A stretch of 20,000 bases of DNA from the IMG/VR virus record IMGVR_UViG_3300034375_007546; one strand, written 5' to 3'. A program made the translations under genes and the position numbers. The DNA is from an uncultured virus (IMG/VR IMGVR_UViG_3300034375_007546) (lineage: Duplodnaviria; Heunggongvirae; Uroviricota; Caudoviricetes). The notes beneath the pieces were generated by a model. It was not told where the DNA came from. It saw only the letters and a list, made by a program, of their open reading frames with translations, and ran no database searches. Below are positions 19,654-20,000 of this stretch, piece by piece (position 1 is the stretch's first letter; each line of letters starts with the position of its first letter).

Positions 19654-20000
19654 AGCGATAACAAACCTACTTGCAAGACTTATCCAAACGGCGATAAACA
19701 ATGGTGGTTAAACGGCAAACTTCACCGTGAAGATGGTCCTGCTGTTGAAAGGGCAAACGGCACCAAACAATGGTCCCTGAACGGCAAACTTCACCGTGAA
19801 GATGGTCCTGCTGTTGAATGGGCAAACGGCACCAAAGAATGGTTCCTAAACGGCAAACTTCATCGCGAAGATGGTCCTGCTATTGAATGTGTAAACGGCG
19901 ACAAAGAATGGTTGCTAAACGGCAAAAGTCACCGTGAAGATGGTCCTGCTTTTGAACATTCAAACGGCGACAAAGAATGGTTGCTAAACGGCAAACCTCA
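19651..20000 (+). CDS. HREDGPA (MORN-like) 23-aa repeat protein, truncated by the window end
   Basis: Open frame from ATG 19651; units NGxKxWxLNGKLHREDGPAxExx. Confidence 0.85.
   Translation, partial: MSDNKPTCKTYPNGDKQWWLNGKLHREDGPAVERANGTKQWSLNGKLHREDGPAVEWANGTKEWFLNGKLHREDGPAIECVNGDKEWLLNGKSHREDGPAFEHSNGDKEWLLNGKP
19687..20000 (+). repeat. 69-bp tandem coding repeat, at least 4.5 units
   Basis: Units start at 19687, 19756, 19825, 19894, 19963. Confidence 0.92.

Noticed and set aside
19687..20000. 69-bp repeats as CRISPR or a proven DGR
   Set aside because: In-frame coding tandem repeat without spacers; no reverse transcriptase or template repeat in the window
1..20000. Stop-codon reassignment or suppressor tRNAs
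   Set aside because: Genes are intact in the standard code and end in TAA, TGA and TAG; no CUA, UUA or UCA anticodon found

Overview
A 20-kb, almost entirely + strand, gene-dense window that reads as part of a large (jumbo-type) bacteriophage genome in the standard genetic code. Left part (1-7 kb): eukaryote-type phosphomannomutase, a multidomain GNAT-like + nucleotidyltransferase protein, a Nudix hydrolase and hypothetical genes. Middle (7-11 kb): a three-gene restriction-modification-like module (GIY-YIG/SF2 helicase plus a split adenine methyltransferase) bracketed by 30-bp identical promoter repeats. 11-14.5 kb: seven tRNA or tRNA-like genes. These include tRNA-Lys(UUU) interrupted by a 689-nt group I intron encoding a PD-(D/E)XK homing endonuclease, a duplicated Leu pair, a rare Ile(UAU), and an 80-nt Arg(UCU)-anticodon RNA with no D-arm in the normal place and a D-loop-like segment after the anticodon arm. 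14.6-17.4 kb: an array of short 'MKVGDLV' SH3/KOW-like genes joined by a conserved dual-coding 33-bp junction repeat. Right end: uvsE, an RHH + HNH endonuclease cassette, a decayed second uvsE 3' end overprinted by a new ORF, and a truncated HREDGPA-repeat protein. About a dozen near-consensus sigma70 promoters (17-bp spacers) punctuate the region. All assignments come from motifs and manual reading; no database searches were run.
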